This document shows positions 45,926 through 54,882 of a stretch of 58,174 nucleotides of DNA, one piece after another. Position 1 is the first letter of the stretch, and the number at the start of each line of letters is the position of its first letter. Origin of the DNA: Minisyncoccota bacterium (lineage in GTDB: Bacteria; Patescibacteriota; Minisyncoccia; Phycocordibacterales; Phycocordibacteraceae). The notes beneath the pieces were generated by a model that was not told the DNA's origin, ran no database searches, and saw only the letters and a program-made list of their open reading frames with translations. The translations under genes and the position numbers were made by a program. The stretch spans positions 1 through 58,174 of the forward strand of contig JBBAAE010000004.1 in NCBI GenBank assembly GCA_041658485.1. The letters are read 5' to 3'.

Positions 45926-46078
45926 TTTCCCTTTTACCTTGCTTACAACAGTGAGCTTGGCGCGACCCTTACGACGACGATTCTTTAAAACCTTCCTGCC
46001 TGAGGTGGTGGCCGTACGGACTAAGAAACCGTGGGTTGTGGCTCTCTTTCTTTTTTTAGGTTGGTATGTTCTTTTCAT
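45923..46078 (-). CDS. rpmH: 50S ribosomal protein L34
   Basis: Hand-translated [51 protein letters not shown] (below the track cut-off). Confidence 0.95.
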   Translation of the reverse strand: MKRTYQPKKRKRATTHGFLVRTATTSGRKVLKNRRRKGRAKLTVVSKVKGK

Positions 46079-46193
46079 ATTCGCTGAATGTTATACACAA
46101 GTATCTCACAGTTTATTAACACGAGCGTGCCTTTTCCGCAAGTTTGCTGTTTTCTCCACACAGGTATAATAACTGAACTTTCAGTAATTTTAC
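46079..46193. promoter_or_regulatory. rpmH/dnaA divergent promoter region with DnaA boxes
   Basis: TTATACACA (46091-46099), TTATTAACA and TTCTCCACA (46152-46160); TATAAT at 46165-46170. Confidence 0.7.
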
Positions 46194-47540
46194 ATGGAAC
46201 TCGACACAAAACAGCTCTGGGAAAATACACTAACGAACATAGAGCTTTCAATATCGCCAGCAAGTTTCAAAATGTGGTTCGGGGAAACCCACATCGTACG
46301 GATAGAAGACGGTGTTGTGTTCGTTGGTGTCCCTAATCAACTGACAAAAGAGTGGGTTTCTGAACGGTTTGGTAAACTTGTTTTAAAAACAATCAGAGGT
46401 TTTGTTGATACTTTGCGTGGCGTTGAATATATTGTTTCAAAAGAAAGCCTAAAACGAGTCCCTGAAAAAGTCATTGTAGAAACTCGACCGGAATCAGAGC
46501 TTCCTCTCTCCGACTATTACATAAATAGATCGGACAATTTAAATCCACGCTATACATTCGACACCTTTGTCGTGGGACCCTTTAACGAACTAGCCTTTAC
46601 TGCAGGACAAGTGGTTGTAAAAAACCCAGGAATTGCCTACAACCCGCTATTTGTGTATGGCGAAACCGGGAGGGGGAAGACACACCTCACTCAAGCCGTT
46701 GGAAACCAGATTAAAAAGGCTTACCCTTCAAAGAAAGTTTTCTATTTAACCGCGGAGCGATTCGGGTTTGAGTTTATGAATGCCATAAATAACCGAAGTA
46801 TTCCTTCATTTAAAGACAAATACCGCTCGTACGATGTCCTCATTATTGATGATATACAATTCTTCTCAAAAAAAGGGACTATACAGGAAGAATTCTTTCA
46901 TCTATTCAATACCCTCCATGATGCCAATAAGCAAATTGTCTGCTCATCTGATAAGCACCCAAACTTAATCCCTGACATTACTGAGCGCTTAAAGTCTCGC
47001 TTTATTGCGGGTATGGCTGTTGCAATAAATGAACCTGATCATGAATCGCGTATGGCAATCATTAAAACAAAAGCTGAATCAATGAATCTCACACTTTCTG
47101 ACTTAACTATTGAGAACCTCTCCATAGCTGTTCCAGGGAACATTCGTGAAATAGAAGGGATGCTCAATACTATTTTGTGTCAAATACAGCTCAAAGGAAC
47201 ACTTTCTGAAGATCAAATTAAGGACCTAATAAAAACAACTGCGAGACCAAAGAGGGCTGTTTCAGTTAAACATGTTATTTCAAGAATTGCTGAGTTCTAC
47301 AATATCGATGAGGCGAGTATGTATGCAAAGACAAGACGTCGTGAGGTAGTTCGTCCGCGCCAAATCATGATGTATATCCTTAGGGAGGATTTTCACCTAT
47401 CATACCCAGCAATTGGGACAGTTTTTGGTGGGCGCGACCACACTACAGTTATTCATGCTTGTGAAAAGGTTCGTGGGGGAATAACAACCGACACTGACCT
47501 AAAGACACAGATTGAGGAAATTAGGGGTATGTTGAAATGA
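46194..47540 (+). CDS. dnaA: Chromosomal replication initiator DnaA
   Basis: LNPRYTFDTFVVG, YNPLFVYGETGRGKTHL, LIIDDIQF, RLKSRF, FGGRDHTTVIHA. Confidence 0.98.
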   Translation: MELDTKQLWENTLTNIELSISPASFKMWFGETHIVRIEDGVVFVGVPNQLTKEWVSERFGKLVLKTIRGFVDTLRGVEYIVSKESLKRVPEKVIVETRPESELPLSDYYINRSDNLNPRYTFDTFVVGPFNELAFTAGQVVVKNPGIAYNPLFVYGETGRGKTHLTQAVGNQIKKAYPSKKVFYLTAERFGFEFMNAINNRSIPSFKDKYRSYDVLIIDDIQFFSKKGTIQEEFFHLFNTLHDANKQIVCSSDKHPNLIPDITERLKSRFIAGMAVAINEPDHESRMAIIKTKAESMNLTLSDLTIENLSIAVPGNIREIEGMLNTILCQIQLKGTLSEDQIKDLIKTTARPKRAVSVKHVISRIAEFYNIDEASMYAKTRRREVVRPRQIMMYILREDFHLSYPAIGTVFGGRDHTTVIHACEKVRGGITTDTDLKTQIEEIRGMLK

Positions 47541-47772
47541 TGTTGAAAATAGTATGAATAACTTGTTGAGATTACTAGTGGATAATATGTTGAAAACAAT
47601 TACACCAAAGCGACTAGTAGCTAAAACAGTCAATATTCACAATACAAAACAAACTTTTAAACAGTTTCTTCTAAAAAAAATCCATAAATACAGCTTAAAT
47701 AAAAGACTTTTAAGCTACCCACATAGTCCACAGTGTATTAGAATGAGTGGATCCTCTTAATTAAAATAAAAT
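47541..47772. other. Probable oriC (dnaA-dnaN intergenic region)
   Basis: AT-rich with degenerate DnaA boxes (TATGAATAA, AGTGGATAA, TAGTCCACA, CTACCCACA); plus-strand composition appears to change from A/C-rich to G/T-rich here. Confidence 0.65.
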
Positions 47773-48873
47773 ATGAAAATTGAAATTTTAAGAGAGAATT
47801 TAGAGAAAGCTGTTGCTATAGCATCCAAAGTTAGTAATAAGAACCTTTCGTTACCTGTTTTTGGTTGTGTAGTAATTGTTGTTGAAGGTGATAGGGCTGT
47901 ACTTCGCGCAACAAACCTTGATTTAAGTGTAGAAGTTATTCTTAAAGCAAAAATAATCCAAGATGGAATTATTGCTATTCCCGCACACATACTCGCACAA
48001 ACTACTTCAGCGCTCACGGATCAGAAGTTGTTATTAAAAACATCAGGAAATAATCTTATTATTGATGGTGAAAGGGGGACTACCTCTATAGCGCTTATTG
48101 ACCCATCTGAGTTTCCAACTCTATCGTATGTTAAGGATGGGGTTGGAAGTTCCGCAACCTTACCTGTTCGAGAATTTATAACGGCACTGAAGTCAGTTTC
48201 ATTTGCAGCCTCAACTTCTAGTGTAAAACCAGAACTTTCAAGTATCTCCCTTACTTTAGAAAAGGGGGAGCTTGTTGCTGTGGCTACAGATTCATTTCGT
48301 CTTGCTGAAATAAAAATACCTATAAAAACAAAAAATTCATTCAATTCTGTATTAATACCAGCTCGAAATGTTCCGGATATATTGAGGGCGATTGAGTCAG
48401 GTGTGGATGTTGAGGTTCGTGTTGGGGATAATCAGTGTTCATTTATATCTGATTTTGGGCACATCACTTCTCGAACAATAGATGGATCCTTCCCAGACTA
48501 TCAAGCAATTATTCCGCGTGATTACGTTGCTTCGGCGACATGTTTAAAAGAGGATGCATCACGCGCCTTTCGAAAAATTTCAATTTTTACCGATTCTTTT
48601 AATCAGGTACACATTTCATTAAAGGCTTCTGAAAAAACATTCACTGTTCGTGCAGTGAATGCTTCGGTGGGAGAAACTATTGACCATATCCCAGCAGTTC
48701 TTGAGGGTGAAGATATTGATATTAATTTCAATGCAAAATATATCGTTGACGCTCTTTCGATAGTGGTTGGTGATAGTGTTACTTTCTCTGTAGCTGGTGC
48801 TGGAAAGCCGATGGTTATGAATGATGTCCCAAATAAAGGCTTCACATACTTAGTGATGCCGATGAATAGGTAG
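47773..48873 (+). CDS. dnaN: DNA polymerase III beta sliding clamp
   Basis: LRATNLDLSV, VATDSFRLAE, IDGSFPDYQAIIP, FNAKYIVDAL, YLVMPM. Confidence 0.97.
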   Translation: MKIEILRENLEKAVAIASKVSNKNLSLPVFGCVVIVVEGDRAVLRATNLDLSVEVILKAKIIQDGIIAIPAHILAQTTSALTDQKLLLKTSGNNLIIDGERGTTSIALIDPSEFPTLSYVKDGVGSSATLPVREFITALKSVSFAASTSSVKPELSSISLTLEKGELVAVATDSFRLAEIKIPIKTKNSFNSVLIPARNVPDILRAIESGVDVEVRVGDNQCSFISDFGHITSRTIDGSFPDYQAIIPRDYVASATCLKEDASRAFRKISIFTDSFNQVHISLKASEKTFTVRAVNASVGETIDHIPAVLEGEDIDINFNAKYIVDALSIVVGDSVTFSVAGAGKPMVMNDVPNKGFTYLVMPMNR

Positions 48874-48877
48874 GTAT

Positions 48878-48950
48878 TAGCGTTTAGTGGTCAGGGTTTA
48901 GAGAATAAATTCCCCAATGCTCCCCCTAAACGCTATCCCCTAGCAACTAG
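48878..48950. repeat. Empty heptamer-arm hairpin
   Basis: G-arm TAGCGTTTAGTGGTCAGGGTTTAG, ~22-nt spacer, C-arm CCCTAAACGCTATCCCCTAGCAACTAG. Confidence 0.7.
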
Positions 48951-48952
48951 TC

Positions 48953-49216
48953 ATGAAACTCGTAAATGATTTTCTTGCCCGTTTCCAAAACTTAACACCA
49001 CCAGATGATGCTGTGCGCCGTGCGATTGCTTCAGCTGTTTTTTTTGTTGCAAAAGTTCCTGTGAAAAAAGAAGACGTGTCCATATCAAACTCTGTGGCAT
49101 TTATTCGCTGTTCTTCGGTTGCAAAGAGCGCCATTCAGGTTGCTCGTGGCGCCATTCTCAACGAGCTTTTTCAAGAGATGCCGAAAGCACGAAATACTGT
49201 GAGGGATATCCGTTGA
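48953..49216 (+). CDS. Small protein, possibly DciA/DUF721-like
   Basis: Follows dnaN; VSISNSVAFIRCSSVAKSAIQVARGAILNEL resembles the beta-beta-alpha pattern of DUF721. Family assignment is inference. Confidence 0.5.
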   Translation: MKLVNDFLARFQNLTPPDDAVRRAIASAVFFVAKVPVKKEDVSISNSVAFIRCSSVAKSAIQVARGAILNELFQEMPKARNTVRDIR

Positions 49217-49217
49217 G

Positions 49218-49303
49218 AGGTAGGGGTTAGGGAAAAGCGCTTAGTGTTTAGGGGGCACCCCTAAGGATTCTCCCTAAACGCTAGCCACTAACCCCTAAAC
49301 ACT
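49218..49303. repeat. Empty heptamer-arm hairpin between convergent genes
   Basis: GGTAGGGGTTAGGG...TTAGTGTTTAGGGG / CCCTAAACGCTAGCCACTAACCCCTAAACACT. Confidence 0.7.
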
Positions 49304-49304
49304 G

Positions 49305-51416
49305 CTATTGAGTGAATGGAGTTCCATCTACGAAGCCATGTTGAGTTGCCCACGTTCTGACACCCCACTCCCATCGAGCAAATTGTGGATCATTGTTGGG
49401 GTTACTTGGGCGAGCTCCTCGCGGATCATTTTTATCAAGCCAGTAGAGAATTGAGTGCACAGAAACGGTGCCGTCGCTCCCTTGCCATACACCACGAAGC
49501 ACTGGTTTATCGGACGGACCCTCTAAAGGAGTTGCTTCAGGGAAGGGGGTATTAGGGAATTTAGTGAGAGCATATTGCGTAAACTCATGCCAGAGAGGAG
49601 CCACAATGAATCCGGCTATTTTTTTTGCCATAGGGCTGTTGTCGTTATTGCCTGCCCACGCTCCTACGGATATGTCGGGTGTATAGCCTAAAATCCAAGC
49701 ATCACGGTAATCGTTTGTCGTTCCTGTTTTTACTGCAACATGACGACCTGGGAAATTTAATGCGGAAGTTGCTCCGAACTCAGGAGTGCGGGCAACGTTA
49801 TCAGAAAGGATGTCGGAGATGGAGAGTGCGATATTGGCGTCGAGCACTCTTTCGGGCGTTAGTGTGTATGACTTTACCTCATTTCCGTTTTTGTCTTCAA
49901 TACGAAGTATTGCGCGGTATGGATTCCGCACACCTTCGTTTGCAAAAACACCGTATGCACTTGTCATGTCGAGTGGGGTGACTTCGCCACCACCAAGAAC
50001 CAAAGTTAGCCCGTAGCGGTCTGATCCAGCGAGTGTGGTGATACCAAGTGACCGTGCAAGCGAAAGTGCATTGTTTATTCCCACAAGATAGAGCACTTTC
50101 ACTGCGGGGATATTTCTTGATTGTGCGAGAGCATCTCGCAAGGTCATTGGCCCATTAAATTTATTATCGTAGTTTCCTGGTGCATAGCAGGGAGGTGTAT
50201 CGCTCAAGCTTGCTGGTGGGCACTCAGTTGAGAACTGTGTCGGCACATCAAAGAGCACGGTGTTTGATGTGTATCCTTTAGTGAAGGCGGCTGCGTACAC
50301 AAATGGTTTGAATGAAGAACCTGGTTGGCGTTTCGCTAAGGCTATGTTGTAGGCGCCGTTTATTTCTGGATCAAAATAATCTCGGGATCCAGCCATCACA
50401 AGAATGTCTCCCGTTTTTGGTGCAATGGCGACGATACTCGCGTTCTCAGCATTAAATTTCTTCTTATTTTCAAGAGCATTTTTCTTTACAATCTCCTCTG
50501 CTTTGGCTTCAAGGTCGGCGTCAAGTGTAGTAATAATGCGCCAGCCAGACTGCTCTAGTGCACTTGTACCAAACTCTTGTTCCAAGAGCCCTCGAACATA
50601 GAAGACGAAGTGTGGTGCGCGAATACCAGCCGTTGCTTGAGGAGCAAAAGCCACAACCTCAGATTTTGCTAGCGTGTATTCTTGTTCAGATATAAATTTC
50701 AAGTCTTTCATTCGCGAGAGCACAAGATTTTTTCTGTTATCTAAGTCATCGCGATGATTGCCGTACGGTGAAAAGTACGTAGGGGCTTGGGGTAGGGCAG
50801 CGAGGTACGCCGCTTCGGCGAGAGTTACATCTTTTGCGTGCTTGGTGAAGAATTGCTCACTAGCTTCTTCAACACCATAGATAAGTCCGCCGTACGGATT
50901 TCCATTAAGATAGAGCTCGAGGATTTGTTCTTTGGTGAGCACTCGCTCAAGCTTTATTGCAAGAATCCACTCCTTCACTTTTCGTGCGATAGTTTTATCG
51001 ATAGTGAGGATAGAATTTTTTACTACTTGCTGTGTGATGGTTGAACCGCCCTGTTCAAAGCCAAGAGAAAGGACATTAACGATTGTGGCTCGAAGAAATG
51101 CCAACGGGCGTACGCCAGCGTGATGGTAGAATTCCGCGTCTTCTATCGCAACGGTTGCTTGTTTTATGTATGGAGAAATCTCACTTTCTGACACAACAGT
51201 ACGCATCATATTTTGACTCAGATCATCAAGAAGAATAGTACCTGTACGGTCATAAATTTTTGTTGATTGTTCAATTTTTCTAGTCTCCAAAGACTTGATA
51301 TCGGGGATTTTTAATGACACTGCCCAAATGAGTAGAGCCCCTATACTAAATAGTGCAAGCGCACTAATAATGAGGAAAAAAGATTTCTTATTTTTAATCA
51401 AGCGCCGTCTTCGCAT
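49305..51416 (-). CDS. Class A penicillin-binding protein (PBP1A family)
   Basis: Transglycosylase motifs AIEDAEFY, GGSTITQQVVKN and EAAYLAALPQAP; transpeptidase motifs RQPGSSFKP, SRNIP and KTGT. Confidence 0.95.
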   Translation of the reverse strand: MRRRRLIKNKKSFFLIISALALFSIGALLIWAVSLKIPDIKSLETRKIEQSTKIYDRTGTILLDDLSQNMMRTVVSESEISPYIKQATVAIEDAEFYHHAGVRPLAFLRATIVNVLSLGFEQGGSTITQQVVKNSILTIDKTIARKVKEWILAIKLERVLTKEQILELYLNGNPYGGLIYGVEEASEQFFTKHAKDVTLAEAAYLAALPQAPTYFSPYGNHRDDLDNRKNLVLSRMKDLKFISEQEYTLAKSEVVAFAPQATAGIRAPHFVFYVRGLLEQEFGTSALEQSGWRIITTLDADLEAKAEEIVKKNALENKKKFNAENASIVAIAPKTGDILVMAGSRDYFDPEINGAYNIALAKRQPGSSFKPFVYAAAFTKGYTSNTVLFDVPTQFSTECPPASLSDTPPCYAPGNYDNKFNGPMTLRDALAQSRNIPAVKVLYLVGINNALSLARSLGITTLAGSDRYGLTLVLGGGEVTPLDMTSAYGVFANEGVRNPYRAILRIEDKNGNEVKSYTLTPERVLDANIALSISDILSDNVARTPEFGATSALNFPGRHVAVKTGTTNDYRDAWILGYTPDISVGAWAGNNDNSPMAKKIAGFIVAPLWHEFTQYALTKFPNTPFPEATPLEGPSDKPVLRGVWQGSDGTVSVHSILYWLDKNDPRGARPSNPNNDPQFARWEWGVRTWATQHGFVDGTPFTQ

Positions 51417-51542
51417 GCTCTAAATCGTAGCAAGGGAATGGTCTACTTGCTAGGTGTTTCTCTATATGGGCGTATGACCGGAGAGGTGGCAGATACGTTA
51501 ATGGCGGTAGACCCTAATACCGAGCGTGGTAGAGTTTATTGT

Positions 51543-52751
51543 ATGTTTTTTAAAACCAAAGCCTCAGTTAACACTGATCCTGAAAAGATAGAAACTCTTT
51601 TGACGAGGAGTGTTGTTGAAATAATTCCTTCAGACGAATCACTCCGAAAACTCCTATTGTCAGGAGAGCGACTGCGTATCAAGCTCGGGATAGACCCTAC
51701 GAGCCCAAATATTCACATTGGACGCGCGGTGGCACTTCTTAAGCTTCGAGATTTTCAAAATTTAGGGCACACGGTGGTTTTTATTATTGGAGATGCAACG
51801 GGTGTAATAGGTGATACTTCGGACAAAGAAAGTGAACGTCCAATGCTCAGTCGAGCTGATGTTGAAAAAAATCTCATAGAGTATGTTTCTCAAGCCAAAA
51901 AAATTCTTGACCCAAATCTTTTGGAGGTACGGAGAAATTCTGAGTGGCTTTTGAAGTTGGACTACTCTGCTATTGGCGATCAAGCTGATGCGTTTTCTGT
52001 AGCCGATTTCATATCCCGAGACAATATTAAGCGCCGTTTGGATGGAGGCAAAAGGGTTTCCCTGCGAGAAGTGCTCTACCCCTTAATGCAGGGGTATGAC
52101 AGTGTTGCAATAAAGGCAGATGTAGAGCTTGGCGGAACAGACCAGAGGTTTAATTTGCTTGCAGGCAGGGTACTCCAAGGGAAGGCAGGTCAACCCCCGC
52201 AACACATTGTGATGAGCGAGCTCATTTTGGGTACTGATGGAAGAAAGATGAGTTCAAGTTGGGGAAACACTATTAATCTTAATGATGCGCCCCAAGATAT
52301 GTTTGGGAAAGTAATGAGTATTCCTGATTCGCTCATCGAAACATATTTCGTTCACTGTACACGAGTGTCGTTAAATGTAGTGAAGAATATTCTCACAAAA
52401 AGTCCTCGAGATTCAAAGTTTGATCTAGCGTTAGAAATTGTTCGTATGTATCACGGTGATATCGAAAGTAACAAAGCAGGGGAGCGATTCGTTTCCGTTT
52501 TTTCAAAAGGTGAGATTTCTGAAGAGGATGCCACACCAGCACTATTCGGTGAAGGACAAACATATGCCGATGCATTGGTGCATGCAGGCCTTGTTGCTTC
52601 TCGAACAGAATTACGCCGATTGGTTTCTGCCGGAGCAGTAACCTCAGTTGCGACAGGGGAAGCGATTACTGATATGAATAACAAACCCATTGAGGGTGAA
52701 ATTTTACGAATTGGTAAACGCAGAATTGCAAAAATGATAAAAAATAAATAA
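51543..52751 (+). CDS. tyrS: Tyrosine--tRNA ligase
   Basis: KLGIDPTSPNIHIGR, LYPLMQGYDS, ELGGTDQRFNL, KMSSS and a C-terminal S4-like domain; start set at ATG 51543. Confidence 0.93.
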   Translation: MFFKTKASVNTDPEKIETLLTRSVVEIIPSDESLRKLLLSGERLRIKLGIDPTSPNIHIGRAVALLKLRDFQNLGHTVVFIIGDATGVIGDTSDKESERPMLSRADVEKNLIEYVSQAKKILDPNLLEVRRNSEWLLKLDYSAIGDQADAFSVADFISRDNIKRRLDGGKRVSLREVLYPLMQGYDSVAIKADVELGGTDQRFNLLAGRVLQGKAGQPPQHIVMSELILGTDGRKMSSSWGNTINLNDAPQDMFGKVMSIPDSLIETYFVHCTRVSLNVVKNILTKSPRDSKFDLALEIVRMYHGDIESNKAGERFVSVFSKGEISEEDATPALFGEGQTYADALVHAGLVASRTELRRLVSAGAVTSVATGEAITDMNNKPIEGEILRIGKRRIAKMIKNK

Positions 52752-52787
52752 TAAAAAACCTCGCATTCGCGAGGTTTTTTATTATTT
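52746..52787. terminator. Bidirectional intrinsic terminator
   Basis: AAATAATAAAAAACCTCGC-attc-GCGAGGTTTTTTATTATTT. Confidence 0.85.
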
Positions 52788-52929
52788 ACATCATGTCATC
52801 ATCATCACTAAACGAGTCGGCATCTTCTTCCTCGTCAGGCATGTCTTCCTCATCAACGGGAGGAACCACCGGCGCATCTGCGTCTTCCTCGTCTTCAAAT
52901 CCTTTGTGTTTTTTTGGGTCGTTACTCAT
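52786..52929 (-). CDS. 47-aa extremely acidic micro-protein
   Basis: Hand-translated MSNDPKKHKGFEDEEDADAPVVPPVDEEDMPDEEEDADSFSDDDDMM; ends at the terminator. Confidence 0.5.
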   Translation of the reverse strand: MSNDPKKHKGFEDEEDADAPVVPPVDEEDMPDEEEDADSFSDDDDMM

Positions 52930-53025
52930 ATTGGATATAGCTTCTAACGCCCTATTTGTATCAAAATGCTACCTATTGGCAAGCGATGCGTCAGAGGCGT
53001 GTGGATAACAGGCTTCTGCACTGCT

Positions 53026-53535
53026 CTATATATTTCGCGCTTGTCTGAATTTGGAGCTTGATTGATGGGCTATTGCAAGTGCTATGGCGTCATATTCATC
53101 GTCGTGACGCTTCATGTTTCCCATGGGAATCAACATGTTTACCATCCGCATAACACTCTTTTTGTCTGCATTTCCTGAGCCTGTCACTGCAATTTTTACT
53201 TCCTGAGGAGAATATTCATAAACCTCAATACCGGCCTCAACTCCCGCAAGAGTTATAACTCCACGTGCTTCTGCAACATGGATTGCCGTCTTCTGATTTT
53301 TTGTAAAGAAGAGTGTTTCTATCGCCAGTGCATCGGGTTTGTATTTTTTTATTGTTTTTCCAAGGTGCTGGAATACTGCACCAAGGCGAATGGGGACAGC
53401 TCCCTTAGGAGGAATAAAGCATTCAGAAAAAATAAGAGCAGTTCCTTCCATCACGGCAATACCCACTCTGTCGTACCCAGGGTCGACAGCGATGACGATA
53501 GGGCTCAGCTTTCTGGTTTCGGCTTTCAGTGGCAT
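53026..53535 (-). CDS. ruvC: Holliday junction resolvase RuvC
   Basis: IAVDPGYDRVG, AIETLFF, EYSPQEVKIAVTGSGNADK, DDEYDAIALA. Confidence 0.95.
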   Translation of the reverse strand: MPLKAETRKLSPIVIAVDPGYDRVGIAVMEGTALIFSECFIPPKGAVPIRLGAVFQHLGKTIKKYKPDALAIETLFFTKNQKTAIHVAEARGVITLAGVEAGIEVYEYSPQEVKIAVTGSGNADKKSVMRMVNMLIPMGNMKRHDDEYDAIALAIAHQSSSKFRQARNI

Positions 53536-53541
53536 AGATGT

Positions 53542-54183
53542 TTACATGAATTGTTCATATAACGTATCAAATGCAAGTTTCATGTCTTTTTTATTGAGAT
53601 AAAAAACGAGCTCTGTATAGGTGGAGGAGAATTCAATCACGTTGATGTTCTGGAAGGTGAGTTGCTGTATCAGGGCATAGACCATTCCGACATGGGCAAT
53701 GTATCTCTCATTGAATTGCGCCCCCACAGCAACGAGCCCTGGCAGTATCGCTTTCGGGCTTGAAGGCATCGCTTTCTTAATGTTAGGCAGAAAATCCTCC
53801 TCAACAAGAATAGTAAGTTCAGCGGTGCCGAACGTTATGACGATATACCCATCTTTGCTACGCACTTCTTTCTCCGCTTTTTCAAGTGCAGCAATATTGT
53901 GTGAGGTTCTTTCGAATGTAATTTCCGCAAGATTTTTTGTGACGTTTATTGAATCAAGTTTTACTTGTTTCAATTGAACGTTCGTTCTCCTTTTTAATGT
54001 TTTAAGGCGTGAAAGCGCCATAGTGATAGCAGCCACACTCACACTTTTCTTCGTGCGCACTTCAATAAGTGGCTTTATAAAACGCGCCGTCTTTGAAAGA
54101 TTCAGTACGCCATTTGAAAGTCCGAAATGAAGAAATCCATCCTTCTCTATGGCTTGCTGTACTGCCTCAGGAATGCTTAGCAT
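53542..54183 (-). CDS. Hypothetical protein with an N-terminal helical domain and ACT-like C-terminal domains
   Basis: GVLNLSKTARFIKP..., GMVYALIQQLTFQNINVIEFSSTYTELVFYL (ACT-like). Start set at ATG 54183. Confidence 0.65.
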   Translation of the reverse strand: MLSIPEAVQQAIEKDGFLHFGLSNGVLNLSKTARFIKPLIEVRTKKSVSVAAITMALSRLKTLKRRTNVQLKQVKLDSINVTKNLAEITFERTSHNIAALEKAEKEVRSKDGYIVITFGTAELTILVEEDFLPNIKKAMPSSPKAILPGLVAVGAQFNERYIAHVGMVYALIQQLTFQNINVIEFSSTYTELVFYLNKKDMKLAFDTLYEQFM

Positions 54184-54298
54184 GTTTAAAATATAACATA
54201 ACTTGTTAAAAATCAATAATCTTTACCCAGAAATTAACTTTACCCCCTCATACCGGCACACTTTAAATATTAGCAGTGGTAATAAATAACAAAAGCAT

Positions 54299-54493
54299 AT
54301 GAACTACGAACATCCACCAGAAGGGCCGTCCATTCTCGATATTCTCATTAGCAATGCCGGACGATTAGGAGGGCGACCACGTCCTCTGACGTACACGTCG
54401 GAGACAAGACCTACTTCAATACAGCCCGAGCCGGAAGTAACAGGTCGACGTTACAGGAACATAGAGGGGACAAATATTTATGTTCTTGAATAA
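54299..54493 (+). CDS. Small hypothetical protein (64 aa)
   Basis: ATG ORF after an A-rich leader; overlaps the next micro-ORF. Confidence 0.45.
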   Translation: MNYEHPPEGPSILDILISNAGRLGGRPRPLTYTSETRPTSIQPEPEVTGRRYRNIEGTNIYVLE

Positions 54494-54602
54494 CGAAAGA
54501 CGCTTGCGCATTCTGCCGGAGGAACAATGCTGGATGTGTGGAGGTAAAGGAGGAGATTGCGTTTGGTGTGATGGCACAGGGCGTCAGCCTAACCCCCAGT
54601 GA
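54480..54602 (+). CDS. 40-aa zinc-finger micro-protein
   Basis: Hand-translated MFLNNERRLRILPEEQCWMCGGKGGDCVWCDGTGRQPNPQ, with two CxxCxGxG motifs. Confidence 0.55.
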   Translation: MFLNNERRLRILPEEQCWMCGGKGGDCVWCDGTGRQPNPQ

Positions 54603-54724
54603 ATGAAAAGATATTTACCCTAAATAGTAGAGAGGTTTTGTTATAAATGTAACAAAGGTTGATAAAAACAATAGTTTCTTTAAAAAACTTAAAGAGTAAG
54701 AGCCAGAGTTGTATTCTCTGCCTT

Positions 54725-54874
54725 ATGCAATTTGGTTTTGTTGAAGCTTTCGATAACCGCGCTACCCGCTGTAAGTTGAATTGTAGGAAGGTTGCGCCTG
54801 GTTTTTATGGCACCAAGAAAAATGGCATATTAACTGCTTGTGGTGGCTGCGGTGGTTCGGGATACTCAAGTTAA
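54725..54874 (+). CDS. 49-aa zinc-finger micro-protein
   Basis: MQFGFVEAFDNRATRCKLNCRKVAPGFYGTKKNGILTACGGCGGSGYSS, with Cx3C and CxxCxGxG. Confidence 0.5.
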   Translation: MQFGFVEAFDNRATRCKLNCRKVAPGFYGTKKNGILTACGGCGGSGYSS

Positions 54875-54882
54875 AACCAAGA

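Noticed and set aside
51663-52270. Inactive TyrRS suggested by HIGR and KMSSS motif variants
   Set aside because: Such HIGH/KMSKS variants are within normal class I synthetase variation and all other motifs are intact.
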